A model generated the notes under the pieces. That model did not search any database and was not told the DNA's origin. It saw only the letters and a list, made by a program, of their open reading frames with translations. Below, piece after piece: positions 19,509 through 30,703 of a stretch of DNA of 64,000 nucleotides (within the stretch, counting starts at the first letter, position 1; each line of letters begins with the position of its first letter). Source of the DNA: Bythopirellula sp. (GTDB taxonomy: Bacteria > Planctomycetota > Planctomycetia > Pirellulales > Lacipirellulaceae); the NCBI GenBank assembly GCA_965216565.1, contig OZ244170.1, forward strand, positions 1,632,001 to 1,696,000, written 5' to 3'. The position numbers and the translations under genes were made by a program.

Positions 19509-21757
19509 GCCGGTACCTCGCCACGTTGCTCGTATCTACTATCTTCGCCGGCAGGCTGATGATGGCTCGCACGATAGGCAAGCCATTGCTCTAGAATTAG
19601 CACCAACGCCAGAAAGTAAAGCAGCGTATCGGAAAGATGAAAGCCGCCAAGTTGCTGTTCGTCGAGGGACATCTGGCTGGCCAGGGAATATTTGTAGTCG
19701 ATGCCCACAAGCTGTTGTGCCAACTGACTGCGATCGAGAAAATCGAGGTCGCCCTCCTCTGTGTCGACGTTAACGGCAAGCAGCCGATGATCTGATTCTT
19801 CTTCCCTAGGCATCAGAAAGAACTGCCAGACTCCGCTCTGCGCACCCGTACCGGCATCGATGGCATATCTTCCATTTTGGGCCTTGGGGTAATAGGTATT
19901 CGATTGTGCCGCTGCCGTGTGCGGGGGAACCACGCGGAACTCCGGTTCGTATTCTGATTCCGGCAAGTCAAACGCCAGAGAGTCGCCCACTTCCAATGAG
20001 GTGGTGCTCCGCTCCGCTGCGCTAAGCTGACCGATCAACTCGTTTGCGTAGATCGGAAACACTGGATTCAGACTCCAGTTGGTCCAGGTACCCAAGTCAG
20101 TCGACTTGGGAGAGAGTTTCGCCAAATGAAGTATGACTTTCCCGTCGCCGAACTCCTGTTCCACTACAAAGGGTGCACCATTTCGTAATCGCGCTAGAAC
20201 TTTGGTTTGTGATTTCGCGGAGGGCCGCCAGGCGGGTTCTAAGGAATAGTAGAAATTCACTCGCACCAAAGGTAGAAAGCTATTCCGGCGTCCCGAATAT
20301 ATACGGAACAGTGGGTGATCGGTTACCAACAGATCGGGTTCCGATTGCTCCACGTCGTGAAGCAACTGCGTAGGCACATCCAAAGGTGCAGGCAGTAATC
20401 CCGTTCCGTCCTGGTAGAGTCGCTGATTGTAAAAGGTTCGCTGTACTTCCGATCCCAAATAGAAAGCAAGTCCGCCCCCGGCGGTCACATATTCTTCGAG
20501 CGCCTCGATCTCCGACTCATCGAGCCGAGGAACGTTTAACAAACAGATTGCCGCAAACTTCTGCAGTTGCTCGTGCTGCCGAAGGAAGCTTGGCGGTTCC
20601 ACGCGGGGACTCCACCCAGGACTCGTCGTCCCCCCGGGCTGCAATGCCGTTCGCAAGTAAAAGCCGTCATCCCGGCCTGGCGAACCATCGATAATTAGTA
20701 CGGGAAATGTGGACGGCACCGTGCAGGCGAAGTAGCGGGAGTTATCGACCTCGATCGCATCGCTTTCCAGTTTGGCTTGCAAGCGATGTGCACCGGAATC
20801 GCGAAAACGAACTCGAAAGCGGCGGGTAACTTCCGATCGCGGCTCGATTTCGTCGATCACGATACTGGGAAGCTTATGCTCGTCTTGCAAGATTGTTAAC
20901 GAAACAGAGCGAGCGGTTTCGTCGTCATGATTGGCTACGGTGACCTTAAACCAAGTTTCGACGCCTGCGGCACGAATACCAGCTTCGGGCTGCAGATCGA
21001 CAATCGACAGATTCAAATCCCTGTCCTCAACACATTGAACTAGGTGGAGTTGCGAACTTTCTGTGCGGAGACGGCGAAGACGGCGCTTGACCAATTCCTC
21101 AGTCGTCCAGTGACGGTCGCGGAAGTCTGAAATCAAATAGACGATTCTTGCTTCGTCGGCCTGAGGTTCGGGCAACTTGATTGCCGCATGAATCGTTTCG
21201 TTGGGACCAGCAGCAGTTTCCGAACACTGCAGTTGGTCGAGCCAGGCCTGGAATTCTGGGAGCGTTTCGTTGGATAGCAGCCGACCGCTAATCTCAGGGG
21301 CTTCTCCCACCGCAAGCGACTGCGAAGCTGAAAACGGCAGGAACGTGATTAGCTGGTCATCTGCCTCAGCGGCGAGCTGATTGAGTACGCCTGCAACTGC
21401 ATTCTTAGCTCGATCGAATGCACGGACATCACCAGACTCGTCACTCATGGAGTAACTGTCGTCGATCAAGAACAAATGGTGTGTAGATCCCTGCCCCAGG
21501 AGCCGACCCCACTGGGAAAGCAGCGTAGGCCCGGCCAACATAAACACGACTGCCGCAACCGCAGCGGTTCTTAAGAGGAGCAGAAGCAGTTGCTGAAGCA
21601 CGATCCATTTTCGGTTCTTTTTTTGACTCTCGAGCAGAAACTGCATCGCCGCCCACTCGACCCGACGATGTCGACGCAGATTGATCAAATGGATCAATAG
21701 CGGTACTGCCAGCAACGGCAAACCAAACGTCAGCAGGGTTGGCAGAGAAAATTCCAA
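19505..21757 (-). CDS. BatA N-terminal domain + vWA protein
   Basis: PLLIHLINLRR...WAAMQFL...LLLLLR BatA double-TM; MIDAS DDSYS, ISDF; C-terminal TM. Confidence 0.88.
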   Translation of the reverse strand: MEFSLPTLLTFGLPLLAVPLLIHLINLRRHRRVEWAAMQFLLESQKKNRKWIVLQQLLLLLLRTAAVAAVVFMLAGPTLLSQWGRLLGQGSTHHLFLIDDSYSMSDESGDVRAFDRAKNAVAGVLNQLAAEADDQLITFLPFSASQSLAVGEAPEISGRLLSNETLPEFQAWLDQLQCSETAAGPNETIHAAIKLPEPQADEARIVYLISDFRDRHWTTEELVKRRLRRLRTESSQLHLVQCVEDRDLNLSIVDLQPEAGIRAAGVETWFKVTVANHDDETARSVSLTILQDEHKLPSIVIDEIEPRSEVTRRFRVRFRDSGAHRLQAKLESDAIEVDNSRYFACTVPSTFPVLIIDGSPGRDDGFYLRTALQPGGTTSPGWSPRVEPPSFLRQHEQLQKFAAICLLNVPRLDESEIEALEEYVTAGGGLAFYLGSEVQRTFYNQRLYQDGTGLLPAPLDVPTQLLHDVEQSEPDLLVTDHPLFRIYSGRRNSFLPLVRVNFYYSLEPAWRPSAKSQTKVLARLRNGAPFVVEQEFGDGKVILHLAKLSPKSTDLGTWTNWSLNPVFPIYANELIGQLSAAERSTTSLEVGDSLAFDLPESEYEPEFRVVPPHTAAAQSNTYYPKAQNGRYAIDAGTGAQSGVWQFFLMPREEESDHRLLAVNVDTEEGDLDFLDRSQLAQQLVGIDYKYSLASQMSLDEQQLGGFHLSDTLLYFLALVLILEQWLAYRASHHQPAGEDSRYEQRGEVPA

Positions 21758-21784
21758 TGAGTGTCCTTTAATTCTTCGTGTTAC

Positions 21785-22690
21785 TCAGTGAGCTCGCGCT
21801 ACCGCGGTCCGTTTGCTTAAAAGGGCTGCCAGTGCCGCGTCGAGAGGCTGACTGGTTCGCAGCAAGTTGTACTCCACGGCATCTCGCGCACAACCTCGCT
21901 TAACTTTCTGCAAAAAAGTCTCCATCGAACGCAAATAACCTTCACGTAACGCACGTGGATTGCAGGTGAGCTGTTCTGGCAGCTCAAGTCCTTCGAAACG
22001 AGTTGGATTGTCAAACGGGAAATCGAGTTCGTCATCGTCTAAGACATGTAAGACGATAACATCGTGATCTCGTTGGCGAAGAAGTCGCAAACCACGGAGG
22101 ATGGAGTCGGTATCGCCAAACAGATCAGAGACAAGGACAATCATCCCCCGTCGTGGCTGAGTTTCGGCCAGCTCGCGCAAGATGGCCCCGGGATCGGTCT
22201 TGCCAGCGGGCTCATTGCTTTGCAGTGCGCTTGCAATGGCTGAGAGATGCACCCGCGTGCTGCGAACCGGAGTGCGGGCGCGAACAGTTTCGTCAAACGC
22301 AATGCAGCCCACGGAGTCTTGCTGTTTGAGTAGCAAATAAGCAAGACTGCAGGCAACGGTGGCTGCGTACTCAAACTTGTTCAGTGGCCCCGCCCCGTAC
22401 TGCATGCTTTTCGAAACATCAACCAAGAGCAAGCAGCGCAGGTTGGTGTCTTCTTCGAACTGCTTCACATAGAGACGATCTTGCTTTGCCCATACCTTCC
22501 AATCGACATGGCGGAGGTCGTCGCCTGGCGCATACTGACGATGTTGCAAGAACTCGACCGATTGGCCAAAAAAGGGACTGCGGTGCATGCCGCTTAGGAG
22601 CCCCTCGACGATGTGTCGAGCACGCAGTTCCAAACGACCAATACGCCGAATCGCGCTAGGATGCAAAAATTGCTTGGAATCGCGTGTCAT
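21785..22690 (-). CDS. DUF58 / vWA protein
   Basis: [32 protein letters not shown]...[15 protein letters not shown]. Confidence 0.93.
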   Translation of the reverse strand: MTRDSKQFLHPSAIRRIGRLELRARHIVEGLLSGMHRSPFFGQSVEFLQHRQYAPGDDLRHVDWKVWAKQDRLYVKQFEEDTNLRCLLLVDVSKSMQYGAGPLNKFEYAATVACSLAYLLLKQQDSVGCIAFDETVRARTPVRSTRVHLSAIASALQSNEPAGKTDPGAILRELAETQPRRGMIVLVSDLFGDTDSILRGLRLLRQRDHDVIVLHVLDDDELDFPFDNPTRFEGLELPEQLTCNPRALREGYLRSMETFLQKVKRGCARDAVEYNLLRTSQPLDAALAALLSKRTAVARAH

Positions 22691-23711
22691 TGGTCAAATC
22701 GTCTTCCAAAGTAGGGGTGGACTCGAGGAGCGTGTCGATAATGTTGTCAGCAGTAATGCCGTCACTTTCAGCCGCAAAGTTGACGACGATTCGATGTCGA
22801 AGCACCGGTTTGGCAAGTTGCTGCACATCTTCGACCGTCACGTGAGTTCGCCGATTCATCAGCGCCCTCGCCTTCGCACCGACAATCAAGAATTGAACTG
22901 CCCGCGTACCAGCCCCCCAGGCAAGCTGTTCGCCGACCGCTTCGGGAACGCCGGTCTCACCAATCCGAGTTTGCCGAACAAGCGACAAAGCATAGCGAAT
23001 CACATGGTCGCTTACGGGAACTTCACGGATTAAGTTTTGCAGCGCCAGTATCTCTTCAGGAGCGACTACCGGAGTAATCGAATCTTTCAAGGTGGCAGTC
23101 GTGCGGCGCGCGACCTCAAATTCTTCATCGAAGCTGGGATAACTTACCAGCACTTTAAACATAAAACGATCTTGCTGTGCCTCGGGCAACGGGTACGTGC
23201 CCTCCTGTTCGATCGGGTTCTGGGTGGCGAGCACGAAGAAGGGATCGGAAAGTTGGTGACGAACGCGTCCCACTGTTACTTGACGCTCCTGCATAGCTTC
23301 GAGCAAAGCCGCTTGCGTCTTGGGCGGTGTACGATTGATTTCGTCGGCCAGAATAATATTGGAAAACAAGGGCCCTTCCAGAAACCTCATCTCTCGCTGC
23401 CCCGTGGAGCGATTCTCTTCGATGATGTCTGTTCCCGTGATGTCCGCCGGCATTAGATCGGGCGTGAACTGAATACGGCTGAAGGAAAGGTTCAGCGAGC
23501 GGGCCAGGGTGCTGATCAGCAGAGTTTTTGCCAATCCCGGAACGCCTTCGAGCAAACAGTGGCCACGACTGAAAAGGCTAATTAATAGTTGCTCAATCAC
23601 CTGATCCTGACCAACAATCACTTGCCCCAATTGTTCGCGGATTGCATCAACGGCAGTTGCAAGTCGGCCGATGACTTTCTCGTCGGCAATAGAAGAGTCG
23701 CCTATGTCCAT
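22656..23711 (-). CDS. MoxR family AAA+ ATPase
   Basis: Walker [25 protein letters not shown], Walker [36 protein letters not shown]. Confidence 0.96.
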   Translation of the reverse strand: MDIGDSSIADEKVIGRLATAVDAIREQLGQVIVGQDQVIEQLLISLFSRGHCLLEGVPGLAKTLLISTLARSLNLSFSRIQFTPDLMPADITGTDIIEENRSTGQREMRFLEGPLFSNIILADEINRTPPKTQAALLEAMQERQVTVGRVRHQLSDPFFVLATQNPIEQEGTYPLPEAQQDRFMFKVLVSYPSFDEEFEVARRTTATLKDSITPVVAPEEILALQNLIREVPVSDHVIRYALSLVRQTRIGETGVPEAVGEQLAWGAGTRAVQFLIVGAKARALMNRRTHVTVEDVQQLAKPVLRHRIVVNFAAESDGITADNIIDTLLESTPTLEDDLTNDTRFQAIFAS

Positions 23712-23828
23712 ATTCTATCTAAACCCTTTCGTCGAACTTACGTTCGTTCATTGACTAGTAAAGCCTTATCAGCCTCGTCCAGTGACGCCCGCTGGTATCG
23801 AATCCAGTATCTATAGTCGCGCCAGATT

Positions 23829-24905
23829 TTAACGCTGGTAAATCGGCAAACATGCCTTGTCCATCTGCAGAATTATCAAGTTCAAAGCCGTGGTGTAAAC
23901 CTCACCCACAAAGCCCTGTTTCCATACAGCCAGCTTACGATCCCCCATGTCCATAATATCTGCCTCTTGGATCAGCCGAGGTCGAATTGTTTCGATGTAG
24001 TTCTGCCATTCGTCACCGCCCTCGCGATACTTTACTTGCGAATAGTAAAAGTGAGCGTAGTGCCAGTGGCCGAAAGTATCGTGGCTCTTCGGCTGCAGGT
24101 GTTTGCGGCAATACTCCTTCATCTTGGGCACGTAGTTGTCGTCATACTCACCCGCATTGTAGAGACACGCAATCGCGGCCGCCGTAATCGCGGGACGACT
24201 GCCGCCACCCTTGGAACTGTAGTTGACTCCACCCTCGTTCTTGTTGGTACAGCGGTGAATGTACTTCACCGCGCTATCAATGATTTCCTTCGGCACGGGA
24301 ATGCCTGCGTTCCTGCAGCCGCGCAATCCTTGGACTTGCGTAATTGTCGTCGAGCCCTCGTCGTAGCCACTGCCATCTTTGGCACTAACGTACCCCCAAC
24401 CACCCGCCTTTGTCTGAGCTTGGCCGGTGAAGATGACCGCGCGGGTCAACACCTCCAGTAGTTCCTGACGTCGCTCCAAGTCTTCTTCCTCTCCTAGTAC
24501 CTGAGAGAGAAACAACATGGCAAAACCATGGCCGTAGGTGTAGCGATCGTCTCCGACGTCACCGATCAACCCGTTAGAACGAGTGCGCCGAGTGAGGAAG
24601 TCGACCGCCCGACGGAGATTTTCTGCGTACTTGCCTTGCGTGGTCGTCGAGCCTTCGCACAAGAACGCCATACCGGCCAACGCAGTCATCGCCGTTGGGT
24701 AGCGGCCCTGGGCGTTCCAATGCCCGAGTTTATGCTGCTGAAACGCCAGCCAATCGAGTCCTTGGGTAATCACCTGTTCAGACTTAGGATCGACTGAAGA
24801 CGCGGCCTGCACCGGCAGCGTCTGAATAAGAAAAAGGATCGCAATCCCTAGGACCATCAGACGCATGGCGATTCTATCGATTTTATAAGTCCGACACAGG
24901 TTCAT
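23829..24905 (-). CDS. Secreted prenyltransferase/squalene-cyclase-repeat (alpha/alpha toroid) protein
   Basis: QW-like repeats GLDWLAFQQHKLGHW and AQTKAGGWGY; N-terminal signal peptide; start may be a few codons downstream. Confidence 0.85.
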   Translation of the reverse strand: MNLCRTYKIDRIAMRLMVLGIAILFLIQTLPVQAASSVDPKSEQVITQGLDWLAFQQHKLGHWNAQGRYPTAMTALAGMAFLCEGSTTTQGKYAENLRRAVDFLTRRTRSNGLIGDVGDDRYTYGHGFAMLFLSQVLGEEEDLERRQELLEVLTRAVIFTGQAQTKAGGWGYVSAKDGSGYDEGSTTITQVQGLRGCRNAGIPVPKEIIDSAVKYIHRCTNKNEGGVNYSSKGGGSRPAITAAAIACLYNAGEYDDNYVPKMKEYCRKHLQPKSHDTFGHWHYAHFYYSQVKYREGGDEWQNYIETIRPRLIQEADIMDMGDRKLAVWKQGFVGEVYTTALNLIILQMDKACLPIYQR

Positions 24906-25068
24906 AGTTTGTATTGCAGGATTACCAGCGGAAGTTCCAAAAACTCGAGTTCATAGCTGTAACCATTTATATCCCTCGCAATTCGCACAGGCCACGGGTG
25001 TGAAATCAGTTGCAGTCGTTTGCAATTGATTGGCACCGAATAGGCCTGTGCTACTACCCAGGGGATTT

Positions 25069-28000
25069 CTATTGGCCTAGCAGTTTCTTCCCAATCTCCA
25101 ACAGTCCGCCCGACGACTCCTTTTCTTTGGCAGTGCTGTCGACATTTGCTGGCGGCTCGGGCGGGCGGGGCTCGTTCGTAAACTTCACTCGAACGGTCCG
25201 GCTTGCCATGGCTACTTCCATCTCGGCATTGTTCTGGTCGACCATTCTTAACGCACAATAATTGCCGCCGGTTTGGGGTAATTTTTCTCCGTGATACAAC
25301 AACCGTCCCGAGGCTTTTTCTAATAGCAATAGACTCGTGGCCGGCCTGCCACCGCTACGTGTGCGATGATGCACCGTGCCAGCAAACGCCACCACCGGTA
25401 GGTCCACAGGCTGAGATAAGATGAACGATTCCTGCTTCACTTCGGCAGGGCCTTCCCACGCCATCTCGCCCGTGGTTCGATCGAAGGTATAGACGCTGCC
25501 CTCGATGACTCGATAGTCCCAGCTGTTTAGCGGAGAGATTCTTCTCTCGCGGGAAAGTTTGAAGGGCCTCTCGGTCACGACAACAAAGTTATCCGATCCG
25601 GCGAGCACGTAAACATTCCTCAATACATCAGCGTTTTCAAGTTTCTGATCTACCAACACTTCACCGCTCGCCACATCGATGATGGTGCAGTTACCTTTGG
25701 GTTCAGCCACCACGGCATAACGTCCCTGGGTGATATCGATCCGCGATCCGCGTTTGTACTGCTTTTCCCACAGCACCTCTTCACTGAAGGCATCGATCGC
25801 AGAAAGCTCCTGTTCGCCGGAGGCCAGTCGACGCCAACGCACAAAAGTTCGGCCAATGGTGGCCAACTGCTCTTCCCACCGTGGCACCTTCACTTCGCGG
25901 ATATATCTGCCATCGATCGTGCTGTAGACAAGTGCCTGCTGGCTTCCGGGCGGCACGGCAAAAACGTATTCTTCATCGCCGTAGAGATCGCACCCTGGCG
26001 GTACATCGGTTCGCCACCATCTTTCGTCTCCCGTCATCGTGTCGACACATATCAAGCGCCTTTGGTCTTGAAAGACACATCTGTCGTAAGTCACTGGCCC
26101 AATGACACCAATCCACTGGCTATCTCGCTGTGCCCGAGGAGCCTTGGAGGGTCCAAACTGACGTACACGACGACCACTCACTACCACCCGATATTGGTAC
26201 TGGCTTTCGAGATCGACACCCTGCAGAACATTTCGCTTCCACAGCACTTGCTTTTCATTTGGTTGTTGATCTGCCAAGGTGTTGAAGGCGACGAGTTGAT
26301 TACCTTGGGACACCACGAGTAGATTGCCCCGGGTGACACCGTAAAAATTACCGATATCGTGCGCCTGGACGCGCTGCGGATCCTGAATATCAGCTGAGAA
26401 AATGTTAGTCCCGACGCTGTCGCGCACTTCAATCCGCCCATTGGTACGCGTGGATGTCAGCACTGAACAACGTCCCAGGATCGAGTCGGTTCGTTCCAGA
26501 CGAATCCGAGAAATGGGAATGTGTCTGCCTGTCCGTTTACCTGTGAAGGGAATCGTTGAGACCTCAACCTTTCCTTCAGGCCAATTCAAACCGATCAGGA
26601 CATTGGTCGTATCGCGCCACGCATCGAGGCACTCTTGGCCCGTTTTCCCGTCTAGGCAAACTACGTCGCTCAACTCACCACTTAGCAGACTGTCGAATTC
26701 CGAGGCCAGCCTGGGCAAACTTTGCTGATGGAGCAATTGGGAGCAACGAGCAATCGAAGCGGCGCGAGTTCTAGGCTCGTCCGATTCAACCAGTCGCAAG
26801 AAAATTTGCTGCGCAATATGATTCTCGCCCATCGTCAGATGCTTTTCGGCTAGTTGAAACAGAGCAAGCTCCGCGACGGTGAGACTTCCGAAACTATCTG
26901 CGAAGCGTTTCAATCCAAAGTGAGCCGGATCCTTTTGAACTTTGGCAAACAACAACAAAAGTGAGTCGTTCATATGCTGGCGAAGTTCAGGGTCCGCCTT
27001 GTCAAAGATCAATGCTGTTTGAGCTCGGGTCCATTGGGTGGTGCTCGCGTGATGATCACGGTCCATCGTATGAATGAGTTCGGGAGCGTCAGCCACTTCG
27101 TAAAGCTGCAGACACTTTTCAAACGATTGATCGAGATTGCCTAGTTCGAACAGGCCTTCCGCTTCGATCCGCAGCAACTTGCTTTCGCCCGACGTGGTTG
27201 ATTGAACCAATTCTCTCAACAAAGGAAGTCGATCTTGGTAGGAAACGAAGTCCTTTTTGAGGGCCCCTTCGAGGCACTCAATCAATACATCTTTCGTGCG
27301 AACGCTGTCGCCCGCCCCCTGCCAGGCTCGCTGCAAGTATTTAATGGCTTCATCAAGTTCACCTTGGTTATAAGCAATCTCGCCCAGCACACGCAGCGCT
27401 TCGACATCGTGAGGATTTTCAGCAAGTGTGCCTTGCGCCTTCTCGCGGAGGACGTCGACCATGTCGAAGCATTCCAAGAAGCGTCCTGTTTGAGAGAGAA
27501 TCGATCCCCGATGGCAAATCAAATTTCCAAGCACTTGTCCGTCGCGCGAAGTTGACTGCCCGTCGATACTGCCCGTTTCGAGATCCACGGCCACAACCTC
27601 GGCCGACGTCAATGGCAGGTAATACTTAGACTTACTAAAGAAGCCCCGTCCACTGGGCAGGGCACCTTTGGGAAGTTTCAGATTGCCCCGAGGCCAAACT
27701 GGTTTGCCATCGGCAAGGTCCAACGCCATCAGATGCGAATTGCCTACGACCAAGACTTTGCCGTCATGAACACCTGCTACCCAGAGAGATTTCGATCGCT
27801 GAATTTTCCAGACGAGTTCGCCGGTAACAAGGTCCAAGCAATGCAGTTCCTTCGACTCTGGCGGAGAGAGAAGTACCTTGCCGGAAGCGATAATGGCGGC
27901 CGGGTCGGCCCAGCGGAGATTCCACTTCTTAGATTGATCGATCCGCGCCCGAAGTAGGTTGGCCACGTTTCGCTCTGCTTTGTAACGATATGCCCAACTC

Positions 28001-29679
28001 AGTGCCTGTTTTGAAAGGTCGACACCAACTACGACGCCAGCTCCGGTTGGACAGATCAGCATCCCGGAATCGTAGGAGGGCACCGCAGCCTGCAGTCGAC
28101 GTTTTTGGTCGAGCAAGATATCTGCCTCCAACCCCACCAATTGCTGCTGCCACAGGAAGGCTCCTGTTCGGCGGTCCAAGGCTACCAGGTAGATTGCACT
28201 CTTGATCTCTGCCAATGCATAGAGTGATTGGCCGACCCACACAGGCGCACCCAAAAAGAAGGCACCCGCCAATTCCGACTGATTGTCCGCGCCATCCGCC
28301 TCCCACACTAACTTACCTTGAGAAGCCAGCTCGTAGGCACACAAGCGATTGGTCCCAGCCGAGCGGCCCGCAGTACGGGGCGTCCTCATTCCTAAAGCCG
28401 CCAACGGTTGTCTACTCATATTCTCTGGCTGCGAGAGGTCGCGGATCACGAACACTCTCTCACCATCGCTGCTGATGCTGTTGTATAGATAGTCGTGCCA
28501 GAGACGTTCATTCAGAGTTTGAATCGGAGCGGGACTCGTCGCAGTGCGAGCAGTCGCTTTCGACTTACTAGAAAGCTGCTCAAAGGCTGCAACTCGCTGC
28601 GGCTGCGAGCGCCACACTCGTTTGCCTGTTCGGTAATCGACGGCGATTAGGTTGTGTGCCGAACGAGTAATGATGTAGTCGCCGACGGCAAGCGGAGATG
28701 CCGCGACGGGAAAGCTCTTTTTATTTCGTACTTTGTCACTAACCAAAGTTTCGTGAAATTCTTCCAGATCGGGATGCGTGAGTAAGCGAACTGTCCAGCG
28801 CTGACGCATGTGGGGCAATCCGCCCTCGGCATGACCGTTGCGTTGCGTATTACCACGGAACGTCAACCACTGCGTGTAGTTCTTAAGCGCGATCGTCGCG
28901 GGCGAGCCAACCACTCGGCCTAACCAATCCAGCGGCGTGGCTCCAAGACTATCGAGACGAATCTCCTTACCAGCGATCGTTACACTGCGAAAGCCACTGT
29001 ATGCCAACTTCTTCAGGACGGTTTCTGCTTTGCTAGAATCCCCTGCAGCGATCCAGGCTTCTGCCTCAAGCAAGGAGAGCTGAGGTTCGAAACGCCGCGC
29101 CGCCTCGTCAGTATTCCGTAGCTCCTCGTACAACAGAGCCGCAGAGAGGTGACGTCCCAAATCGGCCTGCTGCTGCGCCAACAGCAGAGCTGCTTCATAG
29201 CCTGCGTCGGTGTAGAAATAGCGATAAGCAATCCGACGCACAGAATCGAGATCCCCGGCAATTCTCGCTTTCTTCAATTCGCGTTTGGCAACGGGACCGT
29301 ACGTAGCTTTGTAGATAGCCCTGCCTTCAGTCGGAAGGTTGCGTATGATCTGTCTCGCGGTTTCCTTCAGGCCGGAGTATTCGTCCTTCTCGCCACTAAG
29401 CACAAAAAAGTCTTCTTGATCTGCTGCGAGCACTTCGTCCAGAAAACGGATGGCTTGGGTGTACTCCCCCTTTTCGAGTCGCTCCTTGGCCCTACGAACG
29501 CCCCGTGATAGCAAGCGATCTGTAGGCAAGAAAACCTGATTTTGCGAATCGGCTTCGGCAACCTGGAGAACTCCTCCGATGGCAGCTTGCGCATGGCAAT
29601 ACTGAGCTGATCCGGAAATCAATAGACCGGTGGCTGATAGCAAACTAACAAGCAGCTTAGGCAGTGGAAAACGAGTCAT
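25069..29679 (-). CDS. Large secreted PQQ-like beta-propeller + TPR protein (1536 aa)
   Basis: Signal peptide; WLTFRGNTQRNG; repeated AVDxxTGKxVW blades; TPR helices (ALRVLGEIAYNQGELDEAIKYLQRA). Confidence 0.85.
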   Translation of the reverse strand: MTRFPLPKLLVSLLSATGLLISGSAQYCHAQAAIGGVLQVAEADSQNQVFLPTDRLLSRGVRRAKERLEKGEYTQAIRFLDEVLAADQEDFFVLSGEKDEYSGLKETARQIIRNLPTEGRAIYKATYGPVAKRELKKARIAGDLDSVRRIAYRYFYTDAGYEAALLLAQQQADLGRHLSAALLYEELRNTDEAARRFEPQLSLLEAEAWIAAGDSSKAETVLKKLAYSGFRSVTIAGKEIRLDSLGATPLDWLGRVVGSPATIALKNYTQWLTFRGNTQRNGHAEGGLPHMRQRWTVRLLTHPDLEEFHETLVSDKVRNKKSFPVAASPLAVGDYIITRSAHNLIAVDYRTGKRVWRSQPQRVAAFEQLSSKSKATARTATSPAPIQTLNERLWHDYLYNSISSDGERVFVIRDLSQPENMSRQPLAALGMRTPRTAGRSAGTNRLCAYELASQGKLVWEADGADNQSELAGAFFLGAPVWVGQSLYALAEIKSAIYLVALDRRTGAFLWQQQLVGLEADILLDQKRRLQAAVPSYDSGMLICPTGAGVVVGVDLSKQALSWAYRYKAERNVANLLRARIDQSKKWNLRWADPAAIIASGKVLLSPPESKELHCLDLVTGELVWKIQRSKSLWVAGVHDGKVLVVGNSHLMALDLADGKPVWPRGNLKLPKGALPSGRGFFSKSKYYLPLTSAEVVAVDLETGSIDGQSTSRDGQVLGNLICHRGSILSQTGRFLECFDMVDVLREKAQGTLAENPHDVEALRVLGEIAYNQGELDEAIKYLQRAWQGAGDSVRTKDVLIECLEGALKKDFVSYQDRLPLLRELVQSTTSGESKLLRIEAEGLFELGNLDQSFEKCLQLYEVADAPELIHTMDRDHHASTTQWTRAQTALIFDKADPELRQHMNDSLLLLFAKVQKDPAHFGLKRFADSFGSLTVAELALFQLAEKHLTMGENHIAQQIFLRLVESDEPRTRAASIARCSQLLHQQSLPRLASEFDSLLSGELSDVVCLDGKTGQECLDAWRDTTNVLIGLNWPEGKVEVSTIPFTGKRTGRHIPISRIRLERTDSILGRCSVLTSTRTNGRIEVRDSVGTNIFSADIQDPQRVQAHDIGNFYGVTRGNLLVVSQGNQLVAFNTLADQQPNEKQVLWKRNVLQGVDLESQYQYRVVVSGRRVRQFGPSKAPRAQRDSQWIGVIGPVTYDRCVFQDQRRLICVDTMTGDERWWRTDVPPGCDLYGDEEYVFAVPPGSQQALVYSTIDGRYIREVKVPRWEEQLATIGRTFVRWRRLASGEQELSAIDAFSEEVLWEKQYKRGSRIDITQGRYAVVAEPKGNCTIIDVASGEVLVDQKLENADVLRNVYVLAGSDNFVVVTERPFKLSRERRISPLNSWDYRVIEGSVYTFDRTTGEMAWEGPAEVKQESFILSQPVDLPVVAFAGTVHHRTRSGGRPATSLLLLEKASGRLLYHGEKLPQTGGNYCALRMVDQNNAEMEVAMASRTVRVKFTNEPRPPEPPANVDSTAKEKESSGGLLEIGKKLLGQ

Positions 29680-30140
29680 GCGACGATCTGTTCCTCCTGT
29701 TTGTCGTCACTACCTCAAAAGTGCCAAAATGCCGCGGCGAGGTCCAGTTTCGCCGCCTCATGTTCCTAGATCTTTGAGGCAATTGCCTCGATGAGTGTTC
29801 CCGATCGGCCGTTTGACAGCGGGCAAGCGATCACGCATATCGCGTAACACATTGCCAAACATAAGTTTACAGTCGATTACAAGATATATCAATTAGGCGG
29901 AGTGTAACGACCAAGTTGCCTCCCGAGAGGGGGTCGAGAAATGCTCTCCAACCTTCTCCATGGGGTCTCAAAAAGGCCCAGGAACGAGGTTTATAGGGAA
30001 AAACCCTGTTTTTCTGCGGAATTATGCCAGTTTCGCCTTGTAATTTACTGCCAGCAACCATTAAATCAGCACGTTGCGTCAACTAGATGCTAGATTTCCA
30101 GGTATTTCAATTTCCCGAATGCACTAAGGAGGGTCCTCAC

Positions 30141-30461
30141 ATGGCGAAGGCCGCAGCGAAGAAACCACCAACCAAGACAGAGATTTACTCGAACATCGCC
30201 GATAGCACCGGCCTAGCAAAGAAAGACGTCGGTGCTGTATTCGATGCCCTGAACGATGAGATTGCCAAAGCACTTAGCAAGAAGGGTCCACAAACCTTCA
30301 CCTTGCCAGGTCTTTGCAAAATCGTTGTCCAGAACAAACCAGCCACCCCAGCCCGCGAAGGTATCAATCCCTTCACCGGTGAAAAGACCATGTTCAAGGC
30401 CAAGCCGGCTCGCAACGTGGTTAAGGTTCGTCCTTTGAAGAAGCTGAAGGACATGGTCTGA
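30141..30461 (+). CDS. HU family DNA-binding protein
   Basis: TKTEIYSNIADSTGL, PAREGINPFTGE; ATG at 30141 follows a TAAGGAGG RBS, so it is preferred over the 30087 start. Confidence 0.93.
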   Translation: MAKAAAKKPPTKTEIYSNIADSTGLAKKDVGAVFDALNDEIAKALSKKGPQTFTLPGLCKIVVQNKPATPAREGINPFTGEKTMFKAKPARNVVKVRPLKKLKDMV

Positions 30462-30504
30462 GCTTAGCTGCCGTTTGGCCGCTCAGATTGGCGCTGAAAC
30501 TAAG

Positions 30505-30563
30505 AACCGCCCAATGCCCGACGTGTGCTGTCCAGCACACCAAAGGCAAAGGGCGGTTTTTTT
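30505..30563 (+). terminator. Rho-independent terminator after HU (long interrupted hairpin + U tract)
   Basis: AACCGCCC-AA-TGCC...GTGTGCTG/CAGCACAC...GGCA-AA-GGGCGGTT followed by a T run. Confidence 0.8.
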
Positions 30564-30703
30564 GTTTGGACTTCTAGACACGTTTTCCGTATCGAGTCCG
30601 ACACTAGGGGAAGTCCGTCGGTAATATTATTGGACTACACATCACGTCGAGTGCGGAGCATTCAATTTCTAAATATCGACTGCATTATCCATTAGGTCAA
30701 AGA

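Noticed and set aside
23829..24905. Squalene-hopene cyclase / hopanoid synthesis
   Set aside because: Single short toroid domain, export signal, no DxDD motif, no hpn genes nearby.
25069..29679. PQQ-dependent dehydrogenase or true BamB
   Set aside because: Only generic propeller blades plus TPRs; far too long, no lipobox, no recognisable quinoprotein catalytic motif.
29776..29789. Perfect 14-bp palindrome GAGGCAATTGCCTC upstream of the large operon
   Set aside because: About four such palindromes are expected by chance in 64 kb (64000/4^7); no second copy or cognate regulator seen.
30087..30140. N-terminal extension of HU
   Set aside because: A strong TAAGGAGG RBS precedes ATG 30141.
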